Positions 1 through 9,000 of a stretch of DNA of 64,000 bases are shown here, in pieces. The position numbers and the translations under genes were made by a program. The notes beneath the pieces are model-generated. The model searched no databases and was not told the DNA's origin. It saw nothing but the letters and a program-made list of their open reading frames with translations. The stretch's first letter is position 1; each line of letters starts with the position of its first letter. The DNA comes from Candidatus Marinacidobacterium sp. (lineage in GTDB: Bacteria; Acidobacteriota; Vicinamibacteria; Marinacidobacterales; Marinacidobacteraceae): the NCBI GenBank assembly GCA_965204755.1, contig OZ242011.1, forward strand, positions 1,952,001 through 2,016,000, written 5' to 3'.

Positions 1-519
1 GTTCCAGCCGTCGCGGGCGTTCAGCAGGCGGTAGTTCGTTCCGTCCTTCGCGCCGGGGAAGAAGACGACCAGGCGGCCGCGGATGTCGGGCTCGACCCGG
101 CGGACCAGGTTGGAGACGCGGAGGAAGCCGTAGAGCGACCCCACCCCGGTGAGGGCGGTCACGCCGTTCTCGTCCGACTTCGCCAGCGCTCGGCCGAGCC
201 GCTCGGCGGCGTACTCCGGGAACTCCGCTTCCAGTTTGGGCGCGAGGAGTTCCGGCTGCTCGAACCACGCTTCGCGGTAGTCCTCGTCTTCGGCGGCGAG
301 CCAGTCGGCGAACCAGGAGGTGGAGTCGGTCTGCGTCCAGCCGTGCTCGGCGGCCTCGGTCACTCGCCGGAACTCGTCGATCCGCGCCCGGAGCATCCGC
401 TCGCGTTTCTCCGGGTACACCACGAAGACCACCCGCTGCGCCCCGGCGAGCGAGTGCGGCCACGGGGAGAGCACATGGCGCTGGTATCTGTCGACGAGTT
501 CCTCCACCTGGTTCTTCAT
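1..519 (-). CDS. brxB: BREX protein BrxB (DUF1788 family), 3' end off window
   Basis: ATG at 519 overlaps the upstream TGA (ATGA). Reads MKNQVEELVDRYQRHVLSPW...RGRLVVFFPGAKDGTNYRLLNARDGWN, a C-terminal motif typical of DUF1788. Not in the supplied ORF track (no stop in window). Confidence 0.8.
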   Translation of the reverse strand, partial: MKNQVEELVDRYQRHVLSPWPHSLAGAQRVVFVVYPEKRERMLRARIDEFRRVTEAAEHGWTQTDSTSWFADWLAAEDEDYREAWFEQPELLAPKLEAEFPEYAAERLGRALAKSDENGVTALTGVGSLYGFLRVSNLVRRVEPDIRGRLVVFFPGAKDGTNYRLLNARDGWN

Positions 520-1343
520 CGCGCCGCCTCCCGCGGGTCGAGCCGGTCCGCGCGGATTTCCAGCACGCCGCCGCTGCGGCGGATCTCGAGCAGGCCCAGC
601 CGGACGGCCTCGGTCGCGGCTTCGAGCAGTTGGTTCGGGTTCCGGTCCAGCACCCGCGCCCAGCGGCTCTCGAGCAGCGCGCGGCCGCCGTCGCCTTCCC
701 GTTCGCCCAGCCAGACCGCGAAGGCGAGCGCGCCCGGGGTCGGCGCCACCCGTCGGCGGATCTTCCGGACGCGCCCTTCGAGGTGGCCGGACTGCGACCA
801 GGAACTGGCGGCGTTGCGGGCCACCTTGTCGAGCACCGCGTCGTTGAAGCGGTCGCCGGTTCCGGCGCGGATCGCTTCGAGGAAGGGGCCGCGGACCAGT
901 TCCGCCCCGACCGGCAGCGGGAGGACGGCGGGGGCGGTGGCGCGGAGCACCGGGTCGCGGGCGAGCGCGGCGAGCAGGGCCAGCAGGGGGCGGCCCGGTT
1001 CGTCCGTGTTCCACAGCCGCCGGAGGACGCGGAAGATCGGGAAGCGCGGGTCGCAGCCGTACATCTCCCGGAGGTGCTGGCGGGAGTGGCGGCGGGACGC
1101 GGCGGTGGGCTTGCCGAGGGCGTTCTCGGCGAGCACCGCTTCGGTGTAGGCCGCCGCCGGCGCGTCCTCCGGGATGGCGCCGAGCAGTTCCCCGAGTTCC
1201 GCGAGCATGATCGTCCGGCTGCTGTGCGAGCCCCGGTCGCCGAACCGGAACCCGGCCCGCTCGGCGGCGGGTGCTCCCTCCGCGCGCTCGCCCCGGTGGG
1301 CGGGGGTCGTCCGGGCGGCGGGCGCGGCTGCGGGAGCGGGCAT
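516..1343 (-). CDS. BrxA-like BREX-associated protein
   Basis: GFRFGDRGSHSSRTIMLAEL...ENALGKPT...SSWSQSGHLEGRVRK family usually found directly upstream of DUF1788. Coupled to brxB. ATG 1343 preferred over TTG 1382. Confidence 0.65.
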   Translation of the reverse strand: MPAPAAAPAARTTPAHRGERAEGAPAAERAGFRFGDRGSHSSRTIMLAELGELLGAIPEDAPAAAYTEAVLAENALGKPTAASRRHSRQHLREMYGCDPRFPIFRVLRRLWNTDEPGRPLLALLAALARDPVLRATAPAVLPLPVGAELVRGPFLEAIRAGTGDRFNDAVLDKVARNAASSWSQSGHLEGRVRKIRRRVAPTPGALAFAVWLGEREGDGGRALLESRWARVLDRNPNQLLEAATEAVRLGLLEIRRSGGVLEIRADRLDPREAAR

Positions 1344-1353
1344 CGAGCCGGGG

Positions 1354-1407
1354 AGGATGGATGACGCCCGTGGGGAAGTCAAGGTTCTACCGGCATACTT
1401 GCCGGTA
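1354..1407 (-). promoter_or_regulatory. Putative sigma70 promoter and inverted repeat upstream of the BREX locus
   Basis: Minus strand TTGACT-17 nt-CATCCT, 10 nt before ATG 1343. Perfect inverted repeat TACCGGCA-N4-TGCCGGTA at 1388-1407. Confidence 0.4.
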
Positions 1408-1437
1408 AGTAGGGACGAAACCGGCTAGAAGGCCCGG

Positions 1438-2514
1438 CTACCGGAGCGGGGTTCGCCAGGTGGGGCCGGTCGGCGCGCCGCGGGCGATGTGGACCGCGTC
1501 GCGGAGCATGGCGGCCGCGGTCGGGGTGGCGTCGTTCTCGGTGCAGGAGAACCGCTGTGTCCCGTAGATGTCCGTCTCCCATTCCAGCGCCATGTCGCCG
1601 CTGCCGATGCCGCCGAAGAACGAGTCCCGCGGGACGGCGACCGGGCGGACCGAGAGGGCGAACCCGCCGTCCCCCGCCGGCGCCGCCTCGCCGATCAGGC
1701 GGACGACTTCGCCGCTCGCCGGGGTCGGCGCGGCCTCGATCCCGGCGCGCTCCACCTGGTCGAACGACGCGGCCAAGCCCAGCACCGTGCGGGCGATGAT
1801 CGCCAGTTTCATGGCGGTGTCCGTGCCGTCCAGGTCGTTCGTGGGATCCGTCTCCGCGATGCCCCGGCGCTGCGCTTCGGCGACCGCCGCTTCGCGGGTG
1901 TCCCCGGCGGCCAGGCGGTCGAGCACCAGGTTGCTGGTCGCGTTGAACACGCCCCGGACTCGCCCGAACCGCGCCGCCACCAGGTCGCGGGTTCCCGCGT
2001 TCACGATCGGCAGCGCGCCGCAGACGGTGGCGCTCCAGCCGAAGCCGCCTCCCCGGCGCTCGGCCAGGTCGGCGAGTTCGTCGAAGGCGAGGGCCACCGC
2101 CGACTTGTTGGCGAAGACCACCGAGCGGCCGGTCTTGAGCGCCCGCCGCGCCGCCGTCAGGCCGGCGCCGCCGGTGCGCGTTTTCATGGAGGCGGCGTCA
2201 AGCAGGATCGCGCGCGGCCCGGCGTGGACCAGGGCGTCGGCGAAAGAGACCGGCGTCGCGCCGGGGACTTCGCGGAGCGGTGTTCCGGCCTCCTTGCCGG
2301 CGATGAGGTCGGCGGCGGTTACGCCGCTCCCGGGCGAGTCGGGGCCGCGGATCCAACCGGCCCGGTCGCCGCAGGCGACGACCTCGAACGCCACGCCGTA
2401 GCGCCCGGCCAGTTCCTCCCGCTTCGCCGCGAGGATGCGGAGCAGCGCCCGGTGCACATTCCCCAGCCCCAGCAGCAGGAGCGGCCGGGTGGTCACGGCG
2501 CGGGGCCGGGCCAT
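1438..2514 (-). CDS. Homoserine dehydrogenase family protein
   Basis: GLGNV Rossmann motif, VVFANK, ATVCGALP, GVFNATSN, AETDPTNDLDGTDTAMK. Confidence 0.85.
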   Translation of the reverse strand: MARPRAVTTRPLLLLGLGNVHRALLRILAAKREELAGRYGVAFEVVACGDRAGWIRGPDSPGSGVTAADLIAGKEAGTPLREVPGATPVSFADALVHAGPRAILLDAASMKTRTGGAGLTAARRALKTGRSVVFANKSAVALAFDELADLAERRGGGFGWSATVCGALPIVNAGTRDLVAARFGRVRGVFNATSNLVLDRLAAGDTREAAVAEAQRRGIAETDPTNDLDGTDTAMKLAIIARTVLGLAASFDQVERAGIEAAPTPASGEVVRLIGEAAPAGDGGFALSVRPVAVPRDSFFGGIGSGDMALEWETDIYGTQRFSCTENDATPTAAAMLRDAVHIARGAPTGPTWRTPLR

Positions 2515-2551
2515 GGGGCGAGTCCCGGCCGGCGCGGCGACGCCCGCGCGT

Positions 2552-2818
2552 TCAGCCGTCCCGGGTCGCCGGCGACTCGGAGGACGGGGCGATCACCCGG
2601 ATGTCGCGGGCGAGGAAGCCGCCGCGCGCCGGCAGCACCTCGAACTCCACGGTCTGCCCCTCGACCAACTCCGGGGGCCCCGGGACGGCGATGGAACTCG
2701 CCGGCGCCTCCACATCCGGGCCGTCGTCCCGGCGGATGAACCCCCGGCCGGCCTGGGCGTCGTACCACTTCACCACGCCCCGGATGACCCGGCCGGGCTT
2801 CGGCGCGTCCACGCTCAC
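2552..2818 (-). CDS. Cold-shock domain protein (divergent)
   Basis: GVVKWYDAQAGRGFIRRDDGPDV...LVEGQTVEFEV. GTG start overlaps the desaturase stop. Confidence 0.75.
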   Translation of the reverse strand: MSVDAPKPGRVIRGVVKWYDAQAGRGFIRRDDGPDVEAPASSIAVPGPPELVEGQTVEFEVLPARGGFLARDIRVIAPSSESPATRDG

Positions 2819-3939
2819 ACCGCCGCCGGGGCGCGCCAGTCCGTGTGCGGCGCGCGGTTCTCGCCGAACCACAGCCACAGCAGCCGGCCGTAGCCGCTCG
2901 GCCGGGCACCGATCTCGCGGAAGAACGGGGTGAGCGCCCGGTGGAGCGCCCGCAGGTTGTAGAAGGGCACGCGGGGAAAGTAATGGTGTTCGAGGTGGTA
3001 CGCCGACCACAGGAACGCCGCGTCCCAGAATCGGGACGGGCGCATGAGGGTGCCCCACAGCGCCGGGTTCCCCGGGACGATGTCGTAGTGCTGGCCCAGC
3101 CGGTTCAGCGTGAAGGCGGCGGGGAAGACGACGAACACCGGGGCCAGGTACACCCGCCAGGCCGCCTCGGGGCCGCCGGCCGCGAAGATCGCGGCCAGGA
3201 GCAGCAGGTGCCCGGCGACGGTGAGCCGGCGCTCCCGGCGGATGGCGCGGCGGACCGCGTCCGGGTACCCGGCGGACTCGGCGCGGGCCGCCCGGAAGTA
3301 GATGGGGATGAGCGCCGGCGTCAGGTAGAGCGCCTTGAACCAGCGGCGGTTCCGCCTCGGCGAGAGGCGGTGGCGCTTGGGGTCGAGTTCCCCGTCGCCG
3401 AGTTGCGCGTGGTGGTCGAGGTGCCACCGGGTGAACTGGGTGGCGGAGATCCCGCTCCAGAAGGCGTAGAAGTGGCCGAGCGCCCGGTTCCGGCGCGGCC
3501 GGGGCTTGGCGAACACGGTCTCGTGGACCACTTCGTGGAGCATCACCGTGAAGTTGAAGACGGTGAGCCCGACCACCGCGGAGCCGAGCGCGGCGACCCA
3601 GCCGGAGGACGCGCTCCAGGCCAGCGCGCCGCCGCCGACCAGCAGCAGGAGTTGCCGAGCAAGCACGAGGAAGTGCCGAACGGGTTGCCGGCGATGCAGA
3701 CGCCGCAACTCCTCGCGGGGGACGGCGTTCGCCAGCCGCTCCCGGAGGTCCCGGGTGGCGTCGGCCCAGTGCGAGGCGCGCGGTTCGCCGGGCGCCCCTT
3801 CCGCCGCCGCCTCCGGGAAAGCCGCCGCGGCCGGGAAAGCCGCCGCGGCCGGGGAAGCCGCCGCGGCCGGGACAGCCGCCGCGGCCGGGGCCTCCGCCTT
3901 CGCCGCCGCTCCGGTCATGCCGCGCCGCAGTTTATCCAC
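2815..3939 (-). CDS. Fatty acid desaturase family protein
   Basis: His boxes HEVVH, HLDHH, HLEHH plus TM segments. Start may be ATG 3918. Confidence 0.85.
   Translation of the reverse strand: MDKLRRGMTGAAAKAEAPAAAAVPAAAASPAAAAFPAAAAFPEAAAEGAPGEPRASHWADATRDLRERLANAVPREELRRLHRRQPVRHFLVLARQLLLLVGGGALAWSASSGWVAALGSAVVGLTVFNFTVMLHEVVHETVFAKPRPRRNRALGHFYAFWSGISATQFTRWHLDHHAQLGDGELDPKRHRLSPRRNRRWFKALYLTPALIPIYFRAARAESAGYPDAVRRAIRRERRLTVAGHLLLLAAIFAAGGPEAAWRVYLAPVFVVFPAAFTLNRLGQHYDIVPGNPALWGTLMRPSRFWDAAFLWSAYHLEHHYFPRVPFYNLRALHRALTPFFREIGARPSGYGRLLWLWFGENRAPHTDWRAPAAV
3813..3890. repeat. 18-bp tandem repeat (4+ copies) in the desaturase N-terminus
   Basis: CCGGGAAAGCCGCCGCGG-like units encoding PAAAA(V/S/F). 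Confidence 0.85.
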
Positions 3940-3995
3940 CGCCCGCCGGGGTTCCCGCCGCCCGCCGCGGGGGCCGGTGTACGCTCGGTTCCGCC

Positions 3996-5864
3996 ATGGA
4001 AGACGCCGCGGCTTCCGGTCGCCGGAGAGTCTTCGCCGCCCGTTCCGAGAAGCCGCGGGGGGATCGGGCGGCGCTCGCCGAACGCTGCGGGAGGCTCGAC
4101 GGGCGCGCCTACGCGGCCTACCGCGACCTCGAAGGGGTCTGGACCCTCGGCGAACACCTGACGCTGTTCGTGGATCGGGCGGCGCCGGACCCGTTCGCGC
4201 CGCCCACCCGGATGCGGCTCCGGCTCTCCGGGGCGGCGGCCCGGATTCCCGCCGCGCTGCTGGCGGGCCGGATTCGGCGGATCGCCCTCTGCGACTGCCT
4301 GGCGCGCCGGGCGGCGGAGGCCGCGGGCCGCGAGGGTCGCGGGGGCGGTTCGGGCCACAGCGGCGAGATCCGGGTGGACGCCGGGAGCCAGGAAGTGCTG
4401 GAGCGGACGGCGATCCGCCTCGGGCCCGCCCCGGAAGGGGACGGTTCCGGGGTGTCCTTCGTGGAGGGGCGGGTGGAAGTCGGGCTTCCCGCCGCCGGGC
4501 GGCGCATCCTGGGCCGGTCGGCGGCGTCGCTCCTCACCGGGGCGCTCCCCCGAGTCGCGGCGGAAGGGCTGACGCTCCCGGATCCGCCGCCCGCGGAGGT
4601 GGAGGGTTTCATCCGGGTCGTCGAGGAGCAGGAGACGCTCCGCGCGGCCCTCCGGGAGCGGGGGCTGGTCGCGTTCGTCGCCGACGGCGCCGTCCTCCCC
4701 CGCCTCCACGGCGCGAGCCGCCTGCCGCTGGACGAGGACCGCGCCGCGCCTTTCGCCAGCCCGCCTTCGCTGCGGGTCACGCTGCCGCTCCGCGCGGAGG
4801 GCGGGGAGACCGTCTCCGGGATGGGGATCCCCGAAGGCGTCACCCTGATCGCGGGCGGCGGCTACCACGGGAAGTCCACGCTCCTCCAGGCCCTCGCCGC
4901 CGCCGTCTTCCCGCACATTCCCGGCGACGGGCGCGAGCGGTGCGTGACCCGGGCGGACGCGGTGACCGTCCGCGCCGAGGAGGGCCGCGCGGTGCACTCG
5001 GTGGATGTGAGCCCGTTCCTCCGCGACCTGCCCGGGGGCCGCGCCACGGAGTCCTTCTCCACCGAGGACGCCAGCGGCAGCACCAGCCAGGCCGCGGCGA
5101 TCGTGGAGGCGCTGGAGTCCGGCGCCCGGCTGCTGCTCCTGGACGAGGACACCTCGGCCACCAACCTGCTGATCCGCGACGCCCGGATGCAGGCGCTGGT
5201 CGCCGGGCGCGCCGAACCGATCGTCCCGTTCCTCGACCGCGCGCGCGAACTCTTCGAGCGCCATCGGGTCTCCACCATCCTGGTGATGGGCGGCTCCGGC
5301 GACTACTTCGACGCGGCGGACACGGTGATCCGGATGGACTCCTACCGGGCGGCGGACGCCACCGCCGAGGCCCGCCGGATCGCCGCCGCCTTCCCCACCC
5401 GCCGCGCCCCGGAAACGGACGCCGCCGCGTTCTTCGGGCGCGAGCGGACGCCGGTCGCGGCGACCTTCGACGCCTCCGGCCGCCGGGGCACCCCGCGCAT
5501 CCGCGCCATGGGCCGGAGCGCGCTGCTCTACGGCGAGCGCGAAGTGGCCCTCTTCGCCGTCGCCCAACTCTTCGAATCCAGCCAGACCCGCGCGGCCGGC
5601 TATGCGGTTTCCCTCCTGGCCGCGCGCTTCGCCGGCCGCCCCGTCGGCGAGGCGCTGGACGCCGTGGAGGCGTTGCTCGACGGCAGGGGCCTCGATGTCC
5701 TCACCGCGGGCGGCCGCGCCGGCCGCCACCCCGGCCGCTTCGCCCGCCCCCGCCGCCACGAGATCGCCGCGCTGCTGAACCGCCTGCGCGACGGCCGATT
5801 CGAGAACCGCCCGGTCGCCGGCGACGCCTCGCCGAGTCCCTCCGTCGAGGAATCCGCCGGGTAG
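3996..5864 (+). CDS. Predicted ABC-class ATPase (COG3044-like)
   Basis: GGGYHGKSTLL Walker A, FSTEDASGSTSQAA, LLLDEDTSATN. Confidence 0.85.
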   Translation: MEDAAASGRRRVFAARSEKPRGDRAALAERCGRLDGRAYAAYRDLEGVWTLGEHLTLFVDRAAPDPFAPPTRMRLRLSGAAARIPAALLAGRIRRIALCDCLARRAAEAAGREGRGGGSGHSGEIRVDAGSQEVLERTAIRLGPAPEGDGSGVSFVEGRVEVGLPAAGRRILGRSAASLLTGALPRVAAEGLTLPDPPPAEVEGFIRVVEEQETLRAALRERGLVAFVADGAVLPRLHGASRLPLDEDRAAPFASPPSLRVTLPLRAEGGETVSGMGIPEGVTLIAGGGYHGKSTLLQALAAAVFPHIPGDGRERCVTRADAVTVRAEEGRAVHSVDVSPFLRDLPGGRATESFSTEDASGSTSQAAAIVEALESGARLLLLDEDTSATNLLIRDARMQALVAGRAEPIVPFLDRARELFERHRVSTILVMGGSGDYFDAADTVIRMDSYRAADATAEARRIAAAFPTRRAPETDAAAFFGRERTPVAATFDASGRRGTPRIRAMGRSALLYGEREVALFAVAQLFESSQTRAAGYAVSLLAARFAGRPVGEALDAVEALLDGRGLDVLTAGGRAGRHPGRFARPRRHEIAALLNRLRDGRFENRPVAGDASPSPSVEESAG

Positions 5865-5880
5865 AGTCCGCCGCCGTCCG

Positions 5881-7302
5881 ATGCACACCCTTCCCACTCC
5901 CGGCCTCCTGCTGGCCCTGCCGCTGGCCGGTTCCGCCTGTTCCGGCCCGCAGGACGCCGATGCCCCGGCGCCGAACCGCCTCCTCGTGGACGGCGGGACG
6001 GTGATCGTGATGGACGAAGCCGGCACGGTCCTCCCCGGCGGCGCCGTGCTGGTGGAAGGGGACCGGATCGCGGGCCTCTTCGACCGCGCCGCCCCGCGTC
6101 CGCCCGGCGTGGAGGTGGTGGACGCCGAAGGGCAACTGGTGATTCCCGGCCTGGTGAACACCCACGGGCACGCGGCGATGTCGCTGCTCCGGGGGCTCGC
6201 CGACGACCTCCCGCTGATGACCTGGCTGGAAGAGCACATCTTCCCGGCGGAGGCGGAACTGGTCGCCCCGGACTTCGTGTACTGGGGGACGCTGCTCTCG
6301 TCCATCGAGATGCTGAAGAGCGGCACCACCACCTTCGCGGACATGTACTTCTTCCGCGAGGATGTGGTCCGCGCGATCACCGAAGCCGGGATCCGGGCGG
6401 TGGCCGGGCCGAGCATCATCGGCTTCCCCGCGCCGGACTTCCCGACTCCGGGGGACTCGCTGGCCGGCGCGGACGCCTTCTTCGAGAAGTACCGCGACCA
6501 CCCGCTGCTCGTCCCCGGAACTTCCTCCCACGCGCTCTACACCACCAGCCTCGAAGACACGCGGGCCGCGCTCGAAGCGGCGAACCGCCGCGGCGCGCCG
6601 TTCCAGATCCACGCCGCCGAGGGCAAGGACGAGGACGACCGCGTCCGCGAAGTCACCGGGATGGGCGTCATCGAGGCGCTGGACTCCATCGGCGCCCTCC
6701 GCCCGGGGACGGTGCTCGCCCACGGCATCTACCTCTCCGAGGAGGACATCCGCCGGATCGCCGCCGGCGGGGCGGGAGTGGCGCACAACCCGGAGAGCAA
6801 CATGAAACTCGGCGCGGACCGGGCCGCGCCGGTCACCGAGTTGCTGGCCGCCGGGGTTCCCGTCGGGCTCGGCACCGACGGCCCGGCGAGCAACAACGAC
6901 CTCGACCTGTTCGGCGAGATGGACACCGCCGCGAAACTCCACAAGTTCGCCGCCGGCGACCCGGCGCTCCTGCCGGCGGAGACGGTGTTCCGCATGGCCA
7001 CGATGGGCGGCGCCCGGGTGTTGGGCCTCGCCGACCGCATCGGTTCCCTCGAAGTCGGCAAACGCGCCGACCTGGTTCTGGTCGAAACCCGCCGCGCCGG
7101 CCTCACCCCGCTCTACCGCCCCTACTCGCACCTGGTCTATGCGGTCCGCGGCAGCGATGTCCGCACCGTCCTGGTCAACGGCCGCATCGTGGTGCGCGAC
7201 GGCGAAATCCTCACCGTGGACGAGGCCGCGGTGATGGCGAAGGCCCGCGAGTTCCGCGACCGCGCCGCCGAAGTCGTCGCCCGAGTCCGCGCCTCCCGCT
7301 GA
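5881..7302 (+). CDS. Amidohydrolase (MTA/SAH deaminase-like), probable lipoprotein or secreted
   Basis: PGLVNTHGH, SGTTTFADMYF, HNPESNMKL, GLGTDGPASNN, GSLEVGKRAD. Confidence 0.85.
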   Translation: MHTLPTPGLLLALPLAGSACSGPQDADAPAPNRLLVDGGTVIVMDEAGTVLPGGAVLVEGDRIAGLFDRAAPRPPGVEVVDAEGQLVIPGLVNTHGHAAMSLLRGLADDLPLMTWLEEHIFPAEAELVAPDFVYWGTLLSSIEMLKSGTTTFADMYFFREDVVRAITEAGIRAVAGPSIIGFPAPDFPTPGDSLAGADAFFEKYRDHPLLVPGTSSHALYTTSLEDTRAALEAANRRGAPFQIHAAEGKDEDDRVREVTGMGVIEALDSIGALRPGTVLAHGIYLSEEDIRRIAAGGAGVAHNPESNMKLGADRAAPVTELLAAGVPVGLGTDGPASNNDLDLFGEMDTAAKLHKFAAGDPALLPAETVFRMATMGGARVLGLADRIGSLEVGKRADLVLVETRRAGLTPLYRPYSHLVYAVRGSDVRTVLVNGRIVVRDGEILTVDEAAVMAKAREFRDRAAEVVARVRASR

Positions 7303-7364
7303 CCCGGCCGGACCGCCCGCCCCCGAACGCGCCACCAGCGCCCCGAGCGGGCAGCGGCGCCCGG

Positions 7365-7655
7365 TCAGCGCAGGTCGAGGGTCTGCGGCCGTTCCGGGTA
7401 GGCGCGCCGGTACCGTTTCGTTCGCCTCTCGATGACGGTGAAGCCGACGATGAGGATGAACAACCAGAGCCAGTCTTCGGGGCCGGGCATCGCGCCGGTC
7501 CCTTGGCCGTAGAGGATGGCCCGTAGCCAGTCCCACACGCCGAGCGCGACGGCCGCGGCGATCACCGCGGACTGGATGAGAAAGCACTCCGCGGCGAGCC
7601 GCAACCGATCGCGGCTCCGCGTCGGAAGAGCGCGAAACCGATCCACGATCGTCAT
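7365..7655 (-). CDS. Small membrane protein, hypothetical
   Basis: ATG 7655, two hydrophobic helices. Confidence 0.5.
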   Translation of the reverse strand: MTIVDRFRALPTRSRDRLRLAAECFLIQSAVIAAAVALGVWDWLRAILYGQGTGAMPGPEDWLWLFILIVGFTVIERRTKRYRRAYPERPQTLDLR

Positions 7656-8023
7656 TTCACTTCGCAACTGCCGATGCAGTGCGCCTCGATGCAGGTGTCG
7701 TGACTCGCGCGGTATGCGGACGCGGACGCGATTTCCGCCGCCGAGCAGCGGTCGGCGCGGTGGTTTCGGCGAGCCGCCGCGCACCGGGAACCGTCCTCGC
7801 GCGCTCGGTGAGCCGTCCGGTCCGGCTGTGTCTTCGTGCGCATGGAGGGGTTCGAGTGCCGCTTTGGCTCGACACCCTTATTTTCATACGGGCCGACCGA
7901 GGAAATTAAGCCCCCCACGGGTTCGAGTTGCCTCGACCGGGAGCGAGAGCGGGCGCATCCCGGGTGGGCCCCGCTGCCGTTGTCTTCGGCGCCCCGGCGC
8001 TCGGACGCCCCGGCGAGGACTCG

Positions 8024-8830
8024 CTACCGGGCGCGGGCCTCGCGGAGCATCGCCAGCACTTCGTCGTGGAGGGGGCCGTTGGTGCTCAGGGCGTTCGGGC
8101 CGTGGATCGTGCGGTTCCCGTCCCAGTCGGTGAACCGGCCGCCGGCCTCCTCCAGGATCGGCAGGAACGGGGAGGAGTCCCAGGCCTTCATCTCCGGGTC
8201 GAGGCCGATCTCCGAACGCCCGGTGCAGACCAGCGCGTGGCCGAAGGCGTCGCCCCAGGTGCGCCGGGTCGCGCCTCGCGCTCCCACCGCCTCCCAGATC
8301 GGGCCGATGGTGGCCGGATCGGTGGTGGTCGCCAGCGCGTCCTCCATCCGGGAGACCCGGGAGACCCGCGCCGGGCGGCCGTTCCACCAGGCGCCTTCGC
8401 CGACGGCGCCGGTGACCATCTCGCCGAGGCCGGACAGGTTGCAGACGCCGACCACCGCCTCCCCGCCGATCTCCAGGCCGATGAGGGTGCCGAACAGCGG
8501 CGTCCCGTGGATGAAACTGGTGGTGCCGTCGATCGGGTCGAGGATCCAGCGGTGGGTCGGGTCGCCGCCGGACTCGCCGTCCTCCTCGCCGAGCACCCGG
8601 TGGGTGGGGAACCGCTCCCCGATGCGCTTCCGCAGCAGGCGCTCGGCGGCGATGTCCGCTTCGGTCACCGGCGTCCGGTCCGGCTTCACCTCGACCCCGA
8701 CGCCCACCTGGAAGTGGCGGAGGACGAGCCGCCCGGCCTCCCAGGCGATCTCGGTGGCGAAGTCGAGCAACTCCCGCTTGCTGGCGGGGGGGCCGCCCCG
8801 AGGCCGGGAGGGGTCTCCGGGTTCGCTCAA
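8024..8830 (-). CDS. Inositol monophosphatase family, histidinol-phosphatase (HisN-like)
   Basis: KPDRTPVTEAD, WILDPIDGT, WD motif, EEAGG. Confidence 0.85.
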   Translation of the reverse strand: MSEPGDPSRPRGGPPASKRELLDFATEIAWEAGRLVLRHFQVGVGVEVKPDRTPVTEADIAAERLLRKRIGERFPTHRVLGEEDGESGGDPTHRWILDPIDGTTSFIHGTPLFGTLIGLEIGGEAVVGVCNLSGLGEMVTGAVGEGAWWNGRPARVSRVSRMEDALATTTDPATIGPIWEAVGARGATRRTWGDAFGHALVCTGRSEIGLDPEMKAWDSSPFLPILEEAGGRFTDWDGNRTIHGPNALSTNGPLHDEVLAMLREARAR

Positions 8831-9000
8831 TCGAGTCTCCTTCCGCGCCGCTGCGGCGCCGGGCGCGGACTATGCCGTATGCGGCCGGCCGGGTCGGAGC
8901 CCGCCGCGGCGCGGCCTCCGACGCCCACGCGTCCCGGTGGCCGAAAGGGGCGTTCTCGCCGAAGGCGAACGGCGGCGCAACGGGCTAAATTCACGCGGTT

